Positions 18,073 to 28,160 of a stretch of DNA of 35,671 bases are shown here, in pieces. A program made the position numbers and the translations under genes. Source of the DNA: Desulfurococcales archaeon (GTDB lineage: Archaea > Thermoproteota > Thermoprotei_A > CAZTBM01 > SZUA-1508); contig DQVH01000010.1 in the NCBI GenBank assembly GCA_015661855.1, positions 1-35,671 of the forward strand. The letters run 5' to 3'. The stretch's first letter is position 1. Each line of letters starts with the position of its first letter. The notes below the pieces were generated by a model, which worked only from the letters and a program-made list of their open reading frames with translations, did not search any database and was not told the DNA's origin.

Positions 18073-18091
18073 GTTTTTAAAGTTTAAAAAC
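18073..18091. repeat. Perfect 19-nt AT-rich palindrome GTTTTTAAA-G-TTTAAAAAC, upstream of psmA and downstream of the sRNA cluster
   Basis: Verified base by base. It contains a T5 run, a possible archaeal terminator for the sRNAs, and TATA-like TTTAAA on both strands. Confidence 0.5.
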
Positions 18092-18186
18092 TTAATATTG
18101 TTAGTATAGTGTGGGGAAAACATTATAACTTACCCTATAATACTAGGTCGAAGAAGCGGATAGGAGAAAACTATAGGTGTACTTGA

Positions 18187-18909
18187 ATGTTTGCACCAGC
18201 TGGTATGGGCTATGATAGAGCAATAACAATATTCTCTCCTGATGGTAAACTCTATCAAGTTGAATATGCATTTGAAGCTGTTAAAAGGGGTTGGACAACA
18301 CTAGGTGTAAGATCTAACTCTGCAGTAGTATTAGCTGTTGAAAAGAAACAAATAATGCCACTATTAGATCTCACATCAATAGAGAAAATATTTAAAGTAG
18401 ACGACCACATATGTATGACATTTGCCGGTTTTGCAGCTGATGGAAGAATACTAATAGATTATGCTCGACTTAGAGCTCTACAACATAGACTATTATATGA
18501 TGAACCAATAGATGTAGAAGCTTTAACGAAGAGAGTATGTGATGTAATTCAAAGCTACACTCAACATGCAGGTGTTAGACCATTCGGTGTTGCATTATTG
18601 ATAGCCGGAGTTGATGGTTGTGGAACACACCTCTTCATGACTGAGCCTAGTGGCCAATATATGAGCTACTACGCTATAGCAATAGGTTCAGGAGCTCAAG
18701 CAGCAAACGAGTATTTAGAGAAACATTATAGAAAGGATATGTCTACCGAAGAAACAATCCTTCTAGCATTAAAAGCTTTATCAATGGTTATGGAGGGTAA
18801 GATAAAACCGGAACTAGTAGATATAGGTGTAATTGATGCCAAAGATAAAGTATTTAAGAAACTAACAATAGAAGAAGTAGGTAAATACATATCAAAAATT
18901 ACAGGATAA
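18187..18909 (+). CDS. psmA: Proteasome subunit alpha
   Basis: 240 aa. YDRAITIFSPDGKLYQVEYAFEAVKRGWTTLGV is the signature N-terminus of the alpha subunit. Confidence 0.95.
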   Translation: MFAPAGMGYDRAITIFSPDGKLYQVEYAFEAVKRGWTTLGVRSNSAVVLAVEKKQIMPLLDLTSIEKIFKVDDHICMTFAGFAADGRILIDYARLRALQHRLLYDEPIDVEALTKRVCDVIQSYTQHAGVRPFGVALLIAGVDGCGTHLFMTEPSGQYMSYYAIAIGSGAQAANEYLEKHYRKDMSTEETILLALKALSMVMEGKIKPELVDIGVIDAKDKVFKKLTIEEVGKYISKITG

Positions 18910-18962
18910 AACCACTCTCATAAAGCATATTCATAAAGGATTACCTATCTAGGTGGAGTGTA

Positions 18963-19661
18963 TTGCCTAAACAAAACTATGTCATAGCTAGACTCGTATC
19001 ACATGGGCATACATTCGAAATATTAGTGAAACCTGATTTAGCTTTCAAGTTTAAGGAGGGTAAGAAAGTAGACATACGTGAAATACTAGTTGGAGATTTA
19101 GTATATAAAGATGCTAGGAAGGGCTTAAAAGCATCATTAGAGACCATTAGGAAGGTTTTTGGGACAACTGATATCTACAAGGTAGCTGAGATAATCTTAA
19201 AGAAGGGTGAACTACAATTAACAGCTGAACAGAGGAAAGCACTAATTAATGCTAAAAAGAAGCAAATTATAGCCTTCATAGCGAAAAACTGTATAGACCC
19301 TAAGACAGGGCTACCACACCCACCTAAAAGAATAGAGTTAGCAATGGAGCAAGCCAAAGTTGGTGTAGACCCATTCAAGGATGTTGAGTCCCAAGCAATA
19401 CAGATAATTAAAGCAATAAGTAGAATACTTCCAATTAAAATAGCTAAAGCATACGTACAAGTAACCATACCAGCACAGTACTCGGGTAGAGCATATTCAG
19501 TATTAACAGGCTTTGGTGAAGTGAAAAGAACTCAATGGAGAAGTGATGGATCATTACTGATGGAGTTGGAGATTCCAGCAGGACTACAACAGGAGTTAAT
19601 AGATAAAGTGAATGCTTTAACAAAGGGTTCAGGAGAAGTAAAAATACTCTATAGGAAGTGA
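18963..19661 (+). CDS. sdo1: Ribosome maturation protein SBDS/Sdo1
   Basis: 232 aa with a TTG start. VIARLVSHGHTFEILVKPDLAFKFKEG is the FYSH domain. It sits in the conserved position between psmA and rrp4. Confidence 0.85.
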   Translation: MPKQNYVIARLVSHGHTFEILVKPDLAFKFKEGKKVDIREILVGDLVYKDARKGLKASLETIRKVFGTTDIYKVAEIILKKGELQLTAEQRKALINAKKKQIIAFIAKNCIDPKTGLPHPPKRIELAMEQAKVGVDPFKDVESQAIQIIKAISRILPIKIAKAYVQVTIPAQYSGRAYSVLTGFGEVKRTQWRSDGSLLMELEIPAGLQQELIDKVNALTKGSGEVKILYRK

Positions 19662-19671
19662 GGAATCACAT

Positions 19672-20403
19672 ATGCCTATATATGTTCAGAATAGAGAACT
19701 CGTAACACCGGGTACACTACTAGCCGAAAACGAGAAGTTTAAACTAGAATCACCAACAGTCTTCAAGTACAGTAATAAAATATATGCTTCAACTATAGGC
19801 TTAGTCGATATTTCAAACGGTAGAATAAATGTTATACCCTTAGAGGGTAAGTATATTCCAAAAGTTGGTGACCTAGTTATAGGGTTAATAGAAGACTACG
19901 GCATAACATACTGGATAGTTGACATAAAATCACCATACAAAGCGATACTAAATGTAGCTGAAGCCCTCAATAGACCATTTAACCCTTTAAAAGAGAATGT
20001 AAAAAACATATACGATATAGGTGATTATGTACTAGCTAGAGTAATAGCGTTTGATAGAACAAAAGACCCCATCCTAACAGCTAAACAGAAAGGTTTAGGT
20101 AAAATAACGAAGGGTAGAATAGTTGAAATAATACCATCAAGAGTTCCAAGAGTTATAGGTAGGAAAGCTTCAATGATAACGATGCTTAAAAATGAAACAA
20201 AATGCCAGATAACAGTAGGTCTAAACGGTAGAATATGGATTATAGGGCCTTCTCCAGAACTTGAAGAAATAGCTATACTAGCTATTAAGAAGATTGAGTA
20301 TGAAGCACACACCTCAGGATTAACTGATAGAATTAGGAATTTTATACGTAAAGAAATTGAAAAGAGGGGTTTAAAAGTAAATGAGATTAGGAGAAAAACC
20401 TAA
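19672..20403 (+). CDS. rrp4: Exosome complex RNA-binding subunit Rrp4 (S1 + KH)
   Basis: 243 aa. The S1 region is [15 protein letters not shown]... and the KH region is [28 protein letters not shown]. Confidence 0.85.
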   Translation: MPIYVQNRELVTPGTLLAENEKFKLESPTVFKYSNKIYASTIGLVDISNGRINVIPLEGKYIPKVGDLVIGLIEDYGITYWIVDIKSPYKAILNVAEALNRPFNPLKENVKNIYDIGDYVLARVIAFDRTKDPILTAKQKGLGKITKGRIVEIIPSRVPRVIGRKASMITMLKNETKCQITVGLNGRIWIIGPSPELEEIAILAIKKIEYEAHTSGLTDRIRNFIRKEIEKRGLKVNEIRRKT

Positions 20404-21121
20404 ACTTATAGATGAGAATGGGAGAAGAATTGATGGTAGACTTCCTGATGAGTTAAGACCTATAAGAATGGAGGTTGGAGTATTAAAGAATGCTGATGGA
20501 TCAGCATATGTAGAGTATGGAAATACTAAAGTTATAGTTGCAGTCTATGGCCCTAGAGAGATACACCCGAAACACCTAACACTACCTGATAGGGCAATTA
20601 TTAGATGTCGATACCACATGACATCCTTTTCGACAACAGAGAGGAAATCACCAGCACCAACGAGAAGGGAGATAGAGTTATCTAAGGTTATAAGGGAGGC
20701 TCTTGAAGGAGTAATATTCACTGAGTTATACCCCAGAACATCAATTGACATATTTATAGAGGTATTACAGGCTGATGGTGGTACACGTACTGCAGGCATA
20801 ACTGCAGCATCACTAGCACTTGCAGATGCAGGTATACCCATGAAGGATTTAGTAGCTGGTGTAGCAGTAGGCAAAGTTGATGGTGTACTGGTTTTAGATA
20901 TAAATGAAGTCGAAGACGAATATAGTGAAGTAGACTTACCAGTCGCTATGATGCCCTCATTCAAAGAGATAACACTACTACAAATGAACGGTGTATTAAC
21001 TGAGGATGAATTCTGGGAAGCACTTAAACTTGCAGAAAAGGGTATAATGAAAATCTATGAAGTTCAAAGAGAGACTCTTATGAGTAGATACTCTAAAGTT
21101 AGAGCTGAAGTAGAGGAGTAA
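20381..21121 (+). CDS. rrp41: Exosome complex exonuclease Rrp41 (RNase PH domain)
   Basis: 246 aa. [45 protein letters not shown] and [27 protein letters not shown]. Confidence 0.9.
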   Translation: MRLGEKPKLIDENGRRIDGRLPDELRPIRMEVGVLKNADGSAYVEYGNTKVIVAVYGPREIHPKHLTLPDRAIIRCRYHMTSFSTTERKSPAPTRREIELSKVIREALEGVIFTELYPRTSIDIFIEVLQADGGTRTAGITAASLALADAGIPMKDLVAGVAVGKVDGVLVLDINEVEDEYSEVDLPVAMMPSFKEITLLQMNGVLTEDEFWEALKLAEKGIMKIYEVQRETLMSRYSKVRAEVEE

Positions 21122-21124
21122 GCA

Positions 21125-22018
21125 ATGTCTATTACACCTACGAGTGGAAGAATAATACCTAGATTAAGGAGGGATACAATACTATCACTACTAGAGAAAG
21201 ATACAAGACTTGACGGTAGAAAACTTAATGAGTACCGTGAAATAGTTGTAGCACCAGGTGTTATACCTAAAAGTGAAGGCTCAGCACTAGCAAGAATAGG
21301 TTCAACAACAGCTATTGCAGGTGTAAAGATAGGTGTTGGAACACCATTTCCGGATACACCAAATGAAGGTGTACTAACAGTTAACGTAGAATTTGTACCA
21401 CTAGCATCACCAACACTAGAACCTGGACCTCCAGACGAAAACGCAATTGAGATTGCTAGAGTTATTGATCGTTGTCTAAGAGAGATTAGAGCTATCGATT
21501 TAAGTAAATTAGTAATAATACCCGGCGAAAAAGTATACATAATATGGTTAGACATATACATTCTAGATCATGATGGTAACGTTCTCGACGCATCAATGCT
21601 AGCTGGTATGGCAGCATTACTTGACACGAGAGTACCAAAAGTTGAAATAGATGAAAAGAAGAACGTAAGAATAATACGTGATGAAACAACACCACTACCA
21701 ATAAACCACAAGGTTGTTACAGTCAGTATAGCTAAGATAGGTAATAAGCTAATAGTAGATCCAAACCTAGACGAAGACGATATAGTTGATGCAAAAATAA
21801 CTATAGGTATATCGGATGATGGAAGGATTGTAGGCCTGCAGAAAGCTGGTCCAGGAGTATTCACTTACGACGATTTAAGGCTAGCTATAAAGTATGCTAA
21901 GGAGAATAGTGTAAAACTACTAAGAGCACTTGAGGAAAAGAAGGGTACTAAAATTAGCCTAAATAGTGTACTAAAATCCTATGTGGAGGAGAAAATTTTA
22001 AAACACCAAATAATTTAA
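21125..22018 (+). CDS. rrp42: Exosome complex subunit Rrp42 (RNase PH-like, non-catalytic)
   Basis: 297 aa. RLDGRKLNEYREIVVAPGVIPKSEGSALARIGSTTAIAGVK. It follows rrp41. Confidence 0.85.
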   Translation: MSITPTSGRIIPRLRRDTILSLLEKDTRLDGRKLNEYREIVVAPGVIPKSEGSALARIGSTTAIAGVKIGVGTPFPDTPNEGVLTVNVEFVPLASPTLEPGPPDENAIEIARVIDRCLREIRAIDLSKLVIIPGEKVYIIWLDIYILDHDGNVLDASMLAGMAALLDTRVPKVEIDEKKNVRIIRDETTPLPINHKVVTVSIAKIGNKLIVDPNLDEDDIVDAKITIGISDDGRIVGLQKAGPGVFTYDDLRLAIKYAKENSVKLLRALEEKKGTKISLNSVLKSYVEEKILKHQII

Positions 22019-22061
22019 TCTTCCAGGTCTAGAGTATAAAATGTAATAGTAGGTGGACTAT

Positions 22062-22322
22062 ATGGCTAGAACGAAAATAGTAAGAATAGCTGGTAGGTAT
22101 GGAGCAAGATACGGTTCAACACTAAGAAAAAAGGTTAGAGATATTCTTGAGAAAAGGTATGCCCCCCACAAATGCCCATTCTGTGGTGTAAAGGGTAGAA
22201 TAATACGTATTAGTGTAGGTATTTGGAAATGCAGAAAATGTAATACAGTTTTTGCTGGAGGGGCATACACACCGAAAACAGAGTTATCACGCTACCTACC
22301 AAGTGTAATAATTAAAGAGTAA
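22062..22322 (+). CDS. rpl37ae: 50S ribosomal protein L37Ae (eL43)
   Basis: MARTKIVRIAGRYGARYGSTLRKKV with zinc ribbon CPFC...CRKC. The ATG at 22062 follows aggtgg. The ORF track extends to a GTG at 22053. Confidence 0.9.
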   Translation: MARTKIVRIAGRYGARYGSTLRKKVRDILEKRYAPHKCPFCGVKGRIIRISVGIWKCRKCNTVFAGGAYTPKTELSRYLPSVIIKE

Positions 22323-22326
22323 AAGC

Positions 22327-22902
22327 ATGTACTATGATATTATTCTAACAACATCACATAATCCATCACCTAAACTTAGAACCTTTATTAAAGAGTTAAA
22401 CCTAGCAATACCGAGAAGTATTAAGATAACTAGGGGTAAAAGAACACTTACAACACTATTCCTTGAGGCATTAACATACCGATCTAAAAGAGTTATTGTA
22501 GCTTTAGAGAGAAGGGGTAATCCTAGTGGGTTAACAGTATACTATGTTGATACAAATCTTCGAAAACTGGTGAGAAAGTACACAATTATATTTTCAGGAG
22601 TGACACTATGGAGGGATATACCTAATGCAACAAGAGTATACAATCCTGAAAGTATTGGAGTATACGCTCTAGGTGATGAAGAAAACCTCCTCTATATTTC
22701 AGAGAAAATAGCTGACTCACTACTAGCCAAAATAGTATTTGATGAGGAATCGATTAAAAAATTCGATATAATAGTGAGTATAGGTAGAGTAGGCACAATC
22801 TTCCATTTAAAGTTTCTTAACCCATCTACAGGAAGGTATTGTGGACCTATAATTAAAATTGTAAAAGTGGTTGAGTATGAGGAAACTAAAGGTAAGTATT
22901 GA
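22327..22902 (+). CDS. Brix-domain (Imp4-like) ribosome biogenesis protein
   Basis: 191 aa. IILTTSHNPSPKLRTFIKELNLAIP is typical of archaeal Brix proteins. It occupies the superoperon position after L37Ae. Confidence 0.75.
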   Translation: MYYDIILTTSHNPSPKLRTFIKELNLAIPRSIKITRGKRTLTTLFLEALTYRSKRVIVALERRGNPSGLTVYYVDTNLRKLVRKYTIIFSGVTLWRDIPNATRVYNPESIGVYALGDEENLLYISEKIADSLLAKIVFDEESIKKFDIIVSIGRVGTIFHLKFLNPSTGRYCGPIIKIVKVVEYEETKGKY

Positions 22903-23137
22903 ATTAGAATTCACGGATAAGAAAATAGCTAATACAGTATATAATGCAATCCTACCGGAAATACGTAATCCACCCTCCAAAAGAGCTACGGTAGAACTTA
23001 ACCTCAAAGACAATAAGATTTCTTTAAATATTTCTGCAACAACTATCTCCTCGCTAAGAGCTGCAGTAAACTCTTATTTAAGATGGATTTATAGTATAAG
23101 TGAGACATGTAGAAAACTGGTGAAAGAAAATGGCTGA
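22877..23137 (+). CDS. pcc1: KEOPS subunit Pcc1
   Basis: KVSIELEFTDKKIANTVYNAILPE...ISLNISATTISSLRAAVNSYLRWIYSI closely matches the Pcc1/CTAG signature (LRa..NSyLRWi). ATG is at 22877; a TTG alternative lies at 22871. It overlaps the Brix gene end. Confidence 0.8.
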   Translation: MRKLKVSIELEFTDKKIANTVYNAILPEIRNPPSKRATVELNLKDNKISLNISATTISSLRAAVNSYLRWIYSISETCRKLVKENG

Positions 23138-23498
23138 ACAAATACCACCAGAACTACAGAATAGAATAATGCATCTACAACAACTACAGAACCAGTTAAA
23201 CATGATTAGACTTCAAAAACAATCTGTTGAACTAGAATTGAGAGAAGTAGAAAGAGTGTTAAGGGAGCTACAGAGTATCCCAGCAAACGAAATATTATAT
23301 AAGAGTCTTGGCCACATCTTAGTGAAGACAACAAAAGAGAAAGTAGAAAAGGAGTTAAACGAAAGAAAGGAAATATTAGAGCTTAGACTAGAAACACTAA
23401 AAAGGCAAGAAAAACACATAGAAACACAATTCAATGATATAAGACGTAAGGTTACAGAAGAATTAACGAAAATATATAAGGTAAAACAGGCATCATAA
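23130..23498 (+). CDS. pfdB: Prefoldin subunit beta
   Basis: 122 aa. Coiled coil, beta hairpin, coiled coil (QQLQNQLNMIRLQKQ ... YKSLGHILVKTTKEKV ... LETLKRQEKHIE). Its start overlaps the pcc1 stop (ATGGCTGA). Confidence 0.85.
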   Translation: MAEQIPPELQNRIMHLQQLQNQLNMIRLQKQSVELELREVERVLRELQSIPANEILYKSLGHILVKTTKEKVEKELNERKEILELRLETLKRQEKHIETQFNDIRRKVTEELTKIYKVKQAS

Positions 23499-23524
23499 AA
23501 AGCTAAAACATACAGGAACTAAGG

Positions 23525-23854
23525 ATGAGCAAGGACAAAGAGAAAACTGTAGACATAGGTTTAGACATTAGAAAACTAGACGTTGAAGTACTAGAGAAAG
23601 TACTAAGTGAAGCAGAAAGGAGTATACGAAAATATCTAGCTAAAAATATAGGGATGGAGTATCTAAGTGACACCACAATTATCTTAAAAGCTGAGATAAT
23701 TAACAATAAAGTTGTATTCACTATTGATACACATTTTTCTGCACCTAAAGTACTCAATTTAGACTATGAGAAAATACTTGATGAGGCTATAGAGAGAACG
23801 TTTAAAATCATAGAGAGGAGGCTTAAATCTCTTGGAGGAGAAGATAAAAAATAA
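23525..23854 (+). CDS. Small conserved hypothetical protein
   Basis: 109-aa charged ORF in the operon between pfdB and the DHH gene. I recognise no motif. Confidence 0.5.
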   Translation: MSKDKEKTVDIGLDIRKLDVEVLEKVLSEAERSIRKYLAKNIGMEYLSDTTIILKAEIINNKVVFTIDTHFSAPKVLNLDYEKILDEAIERTFKIIERRLKSLGGEDKK

Positions 23855-24878
23855 CATAAAGGAATTTGTTAATAAACTAGAGACAACACCTATACATAAC
23901 GCTGTTATAACAACACATAGGAATGCCGATCCCGATGCTATAGCATCAGCATATACTCTAAGTAAACTTATAGAGAAGGTGAAGGCTAATGTTAAAGTCT
24001 ACATAATCTTACCGGAAGGATTAAGTGCTCTATCAAAGAGACTCATCGAATACTTAAATGTAGACATTAAAACACTTAGCCCTAAAGACGTAGATAGCGA
24101 GTTCTGGGAGAGCGTAGATACAATATTCATTGTCGATACATGTTCATTGGAACAACTTGGCCCGCTAAAACATGTAGTCATGGAGAAGTATGGAAAGTTG
24201 AAAGTATTCATAGTAGATCACCACTTTGCACATAAGAATCTTACCAAACTAGCTTATACAACACTAATACTAAGTGATGCTCGTTCAACAACAGAAATAA
24301 TATTTACCCTATATGAGAGCCTAGGACTGGAGATTACAGAAACTATAGCCAACCTAATGCTAGCCGGTATAGTCTACGATACTAGACACTTCATACTAGC
24401 ACGGCCTGAAACATTCAATATTGTAGCTAGTTTAATAAGGTATGGTGCAAAGTACGCTACAGTATTAAAAGCGCTCCAAACAAAAATGGAGATTCCCGAG
24501 AGAATAGCTAGACTTAAAGCTGCACAACGAATGCAAATATATAGAATTAACGAATGGATTATAGTTGTAACTCATGTTGGAGCATATGAAGCTAGTGCAG
24601 CAAGAGCATTACTAGATTTAGGAGCTGATGTAGCATTTGTTGCATCAGAGGATAAAGGTGAAGTTAGAGTATCAGCTAGAGCCAAAGAAGAATTCTATAA
24701 AGGAACAGGAGTACATTTAGGCAAAGATATTATGAAGCCTCTTGGAGAATTCCTGCAGGGAGGTGGTGGAGGTCACGAAACAGCAGCTGCAGCTTCAGGT
24801 AGAGGTTCAGCAGAACTAGCACTCATTAAGTGTATAGAGCTATTAAAGAACCGTCTAAAACAGGTGACTTCAAAATGA
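23832..24878 (+). CDS. DHH/DHHA1-family phosphoesterase (NrnA / RecJ-like nuclease-phosphatase) with intact catalytic motifs
   Basis: 348 aa with a TTG start. Motif I HRNADPDAIASA, motif II IFIVDTC, motif III VDHH, DHHA1 GGGGHETAAA. Confidence 0.8.
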   Translation: MEEKIKNNIKEFVNKLETTPIHNAVITTHRNADPDAIASAYTLSKLIEKVKANVKVYIILPEGLSALSKRLIEYLNVDIKTLSPKDVDSEFWESVDTIFIVDTCSLEQLGPLKHVVMEKYGKLKVFIVDHHFAHKNLTKLAYTTLILSDARSTTEIIFTLYESLGLEITETIANLMLAGIVYDTRHFILARPETFNIVASLIRYGAKYATVLKALQTKMEIPERIARLKAAQRMQIYRINEWIIVVTHVGAYEASAARALLDLGADVAFVASEDKGEVRVSARAKEEFYKGTGVHLGKDIMKPLGEFLQGGGGGHETAAAASGRGSAELALIKCIELLKNRLKQVTSK

Positions 24879-25738
24879 CCGAGGCGATTAGAGTAGAGAA
24901 TCTAACATTTTACTATGAAGGTGAAGTAAAACCCGCTCTTAAGAACATAAATTTATCAATTAATGAAGGTGAATACGTAATTATAACAGGCCCATCAGGT
25001 AGCGGTAAATCTACATTATGTAGAACATTTAATGGTCTCATACCACACTTCTATAAGGGTAAGATGGAGGGAGAAGTTTACGTTAAAGGTTTAAGGGTAA
25101 AAGAACATTCTGTGAGAGAGTTATCAAAAATTGTTGGAATGGTATTCCAGGAACCTGAGAACCAAGTTTTAACATTAAGTGTTAAAGATGAAATAGCTTT
25201 TGGTTTAGAGAATTTAGGCTACCCACCCAATGTGATAGAGGATAGGATTGAACACGTACTAGACGTAATGGGTATTAAGCATCTGAAAAATAAAGTTATA
25301 TTTGAGCTTTCAGGTGGAGAACTACAAAAGGTTATAGTAGCATCAATACTAGCTATGAACCCAGACATACTAGTATTCGATGAGCCAACATCAAATATGG
25401 ACCCTAAGAGTGCACTAGACTTTCTAAAGTACACTGTCAAAATTAATAAAGAATATGGGAAAACAGTTATAATAGTTGAACATAGACTAGACTATATTAT
25501 ATCATATGCGTCAAAAATAGTAGTCTTAAATGATGGGGAAATTGTTGCCATAGGTAATCCTAGAAAAGTGTTGATGGAGGATATACTTGAAGACATAGGT
25601 ATTTCAATACCCCAAATACCCCTTCTATTCAAAAAGTTAAAAAGACTACTACCTTGCTGTGAAACTCCATTAACCATAGAAGAAGCACTAAGCCTATTGG
25701 GGAGGGTAATTGCGGAAGGTAGCTATAGAGGTACATGA
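24875..25738 (+). CDS. ecfA1: ECF (energy-coupling factor) transporter ATPase, EcfA1/CbiO-type
   Basis: Walker A GPSGSGKST, signature LSGGELQKV, Walker B ILVFDEPTS, H-loop VEHRL. The ATG at 24875 overlaps the DHH stop (ATGA). The ORF track extends to 24830. Confidence 0.85.
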   Translation: MTEAIRVENLTFYYEGEVKPALKNINLSINEGEYVIITGPSGSGKSTLCRTFNGLIPHFYKGKMEGEVYVKGLRVKEHSVRELSKIVGMVFQEPENQVLTLSVKDEIAFGLENLGYPPNVIEDRIEHVLDVMGIKHLKNKVIFELSGGELQKVIVASILAMNPDILVFDEPTSNMDPKSALDFLKYTVKINKEYGKTVIIVEHRLDYIISYASKIVVLNDGEIVAIGNPRKVLMEDILEDIGISIPQIPLLFKKLKRLLPCCETPLTIEEALSLLGRVIAEGSYRGT

Positions 25739-26573
25739 TCTCTGGTTTAAATATAATCACTCCAATGAGTGGGTTCTAAAGGGAATAAATCTTACAGTAA
25801 AGGTAGGGGAGAAAGTAGCTATTCTTGGGGAAAACGGTTCAGGTAAAACTACATTAATAAAGCACTTTAATGGACTATTAAAACCGTGTAATGGTGTTGT
25901 GAAAGTTTTCGGTGTTGATACACGATTCGCAAGTGTAGCTAAGCTTGCTAGAAGAGTGGGTATTGTTTTTCAGAATCCTTTACACCAATTCTTCTCTGAA
26001 ACGGTATGGGATGAAGTAGCCTATGCACTATACAATTTCGGTTATAGTGAAGAGGAAATTGAGAGAAGAGTAGAGTACACACTAAAACTAATGGACCTCT
26101 ACGACCTTAGATATAAATCACCATTTACCCTAAGTGGTGGTGAGATGAGGAGACTAGCACTAGCATCAATACTAGTTTACAATCCCGACATAATAGTTAT
26201 AGATGAGCCAACAATAGGTCAAGACGCTAAACATAAACGTAAACTAGCAGAAATACTGAATACTCTAGCGAACATGGGTAAAACAGTGATAGTTGTTACC
26301 CACGATATTGAGTTTGCTATAGAATATTTTCCACGAATAATAGTGTTAAGTAGTGGAAAAATAATAGCTGATGGATCTCCAAATAAAATAATATACGATG
26401 ATAATATAGTTAACAGAGCTAACATAATTAGACCGCCAATAATATCATTAATAATAGAGTTGAGTAAGAGATATAATGTAGATGTTGACCTTTCGAAGAC
26501 AAAATTTGATGAAATAGTAAGAGAAATTATAAACATTATTAGGAGGAAGGAAAGCAGTCTTGGCATTCGCTAG
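25710..26573 (+). CDS. ecfA2: ECF transporter ATPase, EcfA2/CbiO-type
   Basis: Walker A GENGSGKTT, signature LSGGEMRRL, Walker B IIVIDEPTIGQD, H-loop VTHDI. The TTG start is preceded by ggaggg. Confidence 0.85.
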   Translation: MRKVAIEVHDLWFKYNHSNEWVLKGINLTVKVGEKVAILGENGSGKTTLIKHFNGLLKPCNGVVKVFGVDTRFASVAKLARRVGIVFQNPLHQFFSETVWDEVAYALYNFGYSEEEIERRVEYTLKLMDLYDLRYKSPFTLSGGEMRRLALASILVYNPDIIVIDEPTIGQDAKHKRKLAEILNTLANMGKTVIVVTHDIEFAIEYFPRIIVLSSGKIIADGSPNKIIYDDNIVNRANIIRPPIISLIIELSKRYNVDVDLSKTKFDEIVREIINIIRRKESSLGIR

Positions 26574-27339
26574 TAGATTGTATACAGCATTTATTTATAG
26601 AAGAGAGGATAAATTTCTATTTAAACTCAATCCATTACTAAAAATAGTATCACTAATACCACTATCACTGATAGTAACAGTATTGTATTCGCCTATAAGT
26701 TTAACATTATACTTGGCGGTAATTCTTTTGTTAGCATACTTTCTAGCTAACCTACATAGATGTGTAGAGAGTGTATTAACGTTGAAATACTTCTTCATAG
26801 TAATATTTACGGTAATATACGTTTATACTTCATACCCTCAGCTTGTACTTAACGTATACGGCTTAGTCTACGCATATACCACTACCTTAAGGTTTATTAT
26901 ATTGATTATATTATTTTCTTTATTCATTTCAACTACGAATATTACGGACTTAGCTTATGCATTAACTAAACTAGGGTTACCTTATGAAATCGCGTTTACA
27001 CTAGCATTAACAGTGAGATTTATACCAACAATAGCTAGGGATATTCAAGCTGTTTATGATGCTCAAAGGTCTAGAGGTTTAGAGTTAGAGCGTGGTGGAT
27101 TCTTTAGGAGACTAAAAAATTTATCTGCTATTCTAATACCTGCATTTACAACTACACTTATGAGAGTGGATAAAGTAGCAGAGGCATTAGAGAGTAGAGC
27201 TTTTGGAACGGTAAAGAAGAGAACCTATCTAAGTAGTGTAAATGTTGGCCATCAGGATATACTATTCTTGTTATTCTCCATTATCCTAGTACTAGCTATT
27301 TACTATTTAGATGTAAATATGCGATTACCTACTCTTTAG
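26560..27339 (+). CDS. ecfT: ECF transporter transmembrane T component (EcfT/CbiQ)
   Basis: 259 aa, polytopic. The conserved coupling-helix region is RFIPTIARDIQAVYDAQRSRGLE. The TTG start follows aggagg. Confidence 0.8.
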   Translation: MAFASRLYTAFIYRREDKFLFKLNPLLKIVSLIPLSLIVTVLYSPISLTLYLAVILLLAYFLANLHRCVESVLTLKYFFIVIFTVIYVYTSYPQLVLNVYGLVYAYTTTLRFIILIILFSLFISTTNITDLAYALTKLGLPYEIAFTLALTVRFIPTIARDIQAVYDAQRSRGLELERGGFFRRLKNLSAILIPAFTTTLMRVDKVAEALESRAFGTVKKRTYLSSVNVGHQDILFLLFSIILVLAIYYLDVNMRLPTL

Positions 27340-28065
27340 AATATACTTTACTATTGGTAGTGATTTAAGTTCCTCATTTAATATTTCAGGTATTATACCT
27401 ATAGGTCTCTCCTCCCTCTCTATAACATTCATAATTCTTGTTGGTGTAACTATAGTATCAACTGGTACGTCATGTATGCTTCTCTTTAATGGTACATCTA
27501 ATACTTGGAGATCGTGAACCACTGTTATAATTGGGACCTCTCTATTAATACTTCCACACTCTAAAAGTATTGCGTACTCTAGATCACTATAGCCTCCACC
27601 CTTACCTAACCTAACACCATTAACTCTCGAAACCACTACAGATCCCACAATGAAAACATCTATTCTAGGTATATCCTGTGGTTTAATAACAATTTTACCA
27701 TACCTAAACGCTCCTTTAATCGTTGATGCTTCACTAATTACTGATCTAGGTAGGTTTCTTCCATCTAATATGATAAATCCATTTCTTAGTCTAGGTGTTG
27801 GCATAACTATAGTCTTACCCTTCAATAAGAGTATACGCCTAATCTCCCTTAGAGGTGAATCAGGATCAACTTTTACAACTTTAGCGCGTTTAACTATATC
27901 TAGCAATGAAGCCTTAATACATGCAGTTTCTGAGCCATGAAAATTAGGTATTCTACCATATACTGGTTTAGGGAATTTAGCAACTCCCCTCTCCTCGAGA
28001 AGACCCCATATTTTATTTCTTAACTCCTCCTTCCAGCTAGCTTTAGACATATCGCTTTCAACCAT
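27325..28065 (-). CDS. 5-formyltetrahydrofolate cyclo-ligase family protein
   Basis: 246 aa. Its GKGGGYSDLEYA motif corresponds to the family's GxGGGYYD. Its 3' end overlaps ecfT convergently by 15 nt. Confidence 0.65.
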   Translation of the reverse strand: MVESDMSKASWKEELRNKIWGLLEERGVAKFPKPVYGRIPNFHGSETACIKASLLDIVKRAKVVKVDPDSPLREIRRILLLKGKTIVMPTPRLRNGFIILDGRNLPRSVISEASTIKGAFRYGKIVIKPQDIPRIDVFIVGSVVVSRVNGVRLGKGGGYSDLEYAILLECGSINREVPIITVVHDLQVLDVPLKRSIHDVPVDTIVTPTRIMNVIEREERPIGIIPEILNEELKSLPIVKYILKSR

Positions 28066-28160
28066 GAACGCCTATAGGTAAGGACAAGATAGCTTTATAT
28101 TCCCGGACACTATCTAAGAAACCAACGGTAAGAATGATAAAAAGTTAGCGGTGTAACCCC

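Noticed and set aside
17676-18186. An RNase P RNA gene in the large non-coding gap next to the RNase P protein genes.
   Set aside because: The gap is accounted for by ~60-nt C/D units and one hairpin. I see no conserved RNase P CR-I/CR-V type sequence (for example GAAAGUCC-like) and no long-range P1-P4 pairing.
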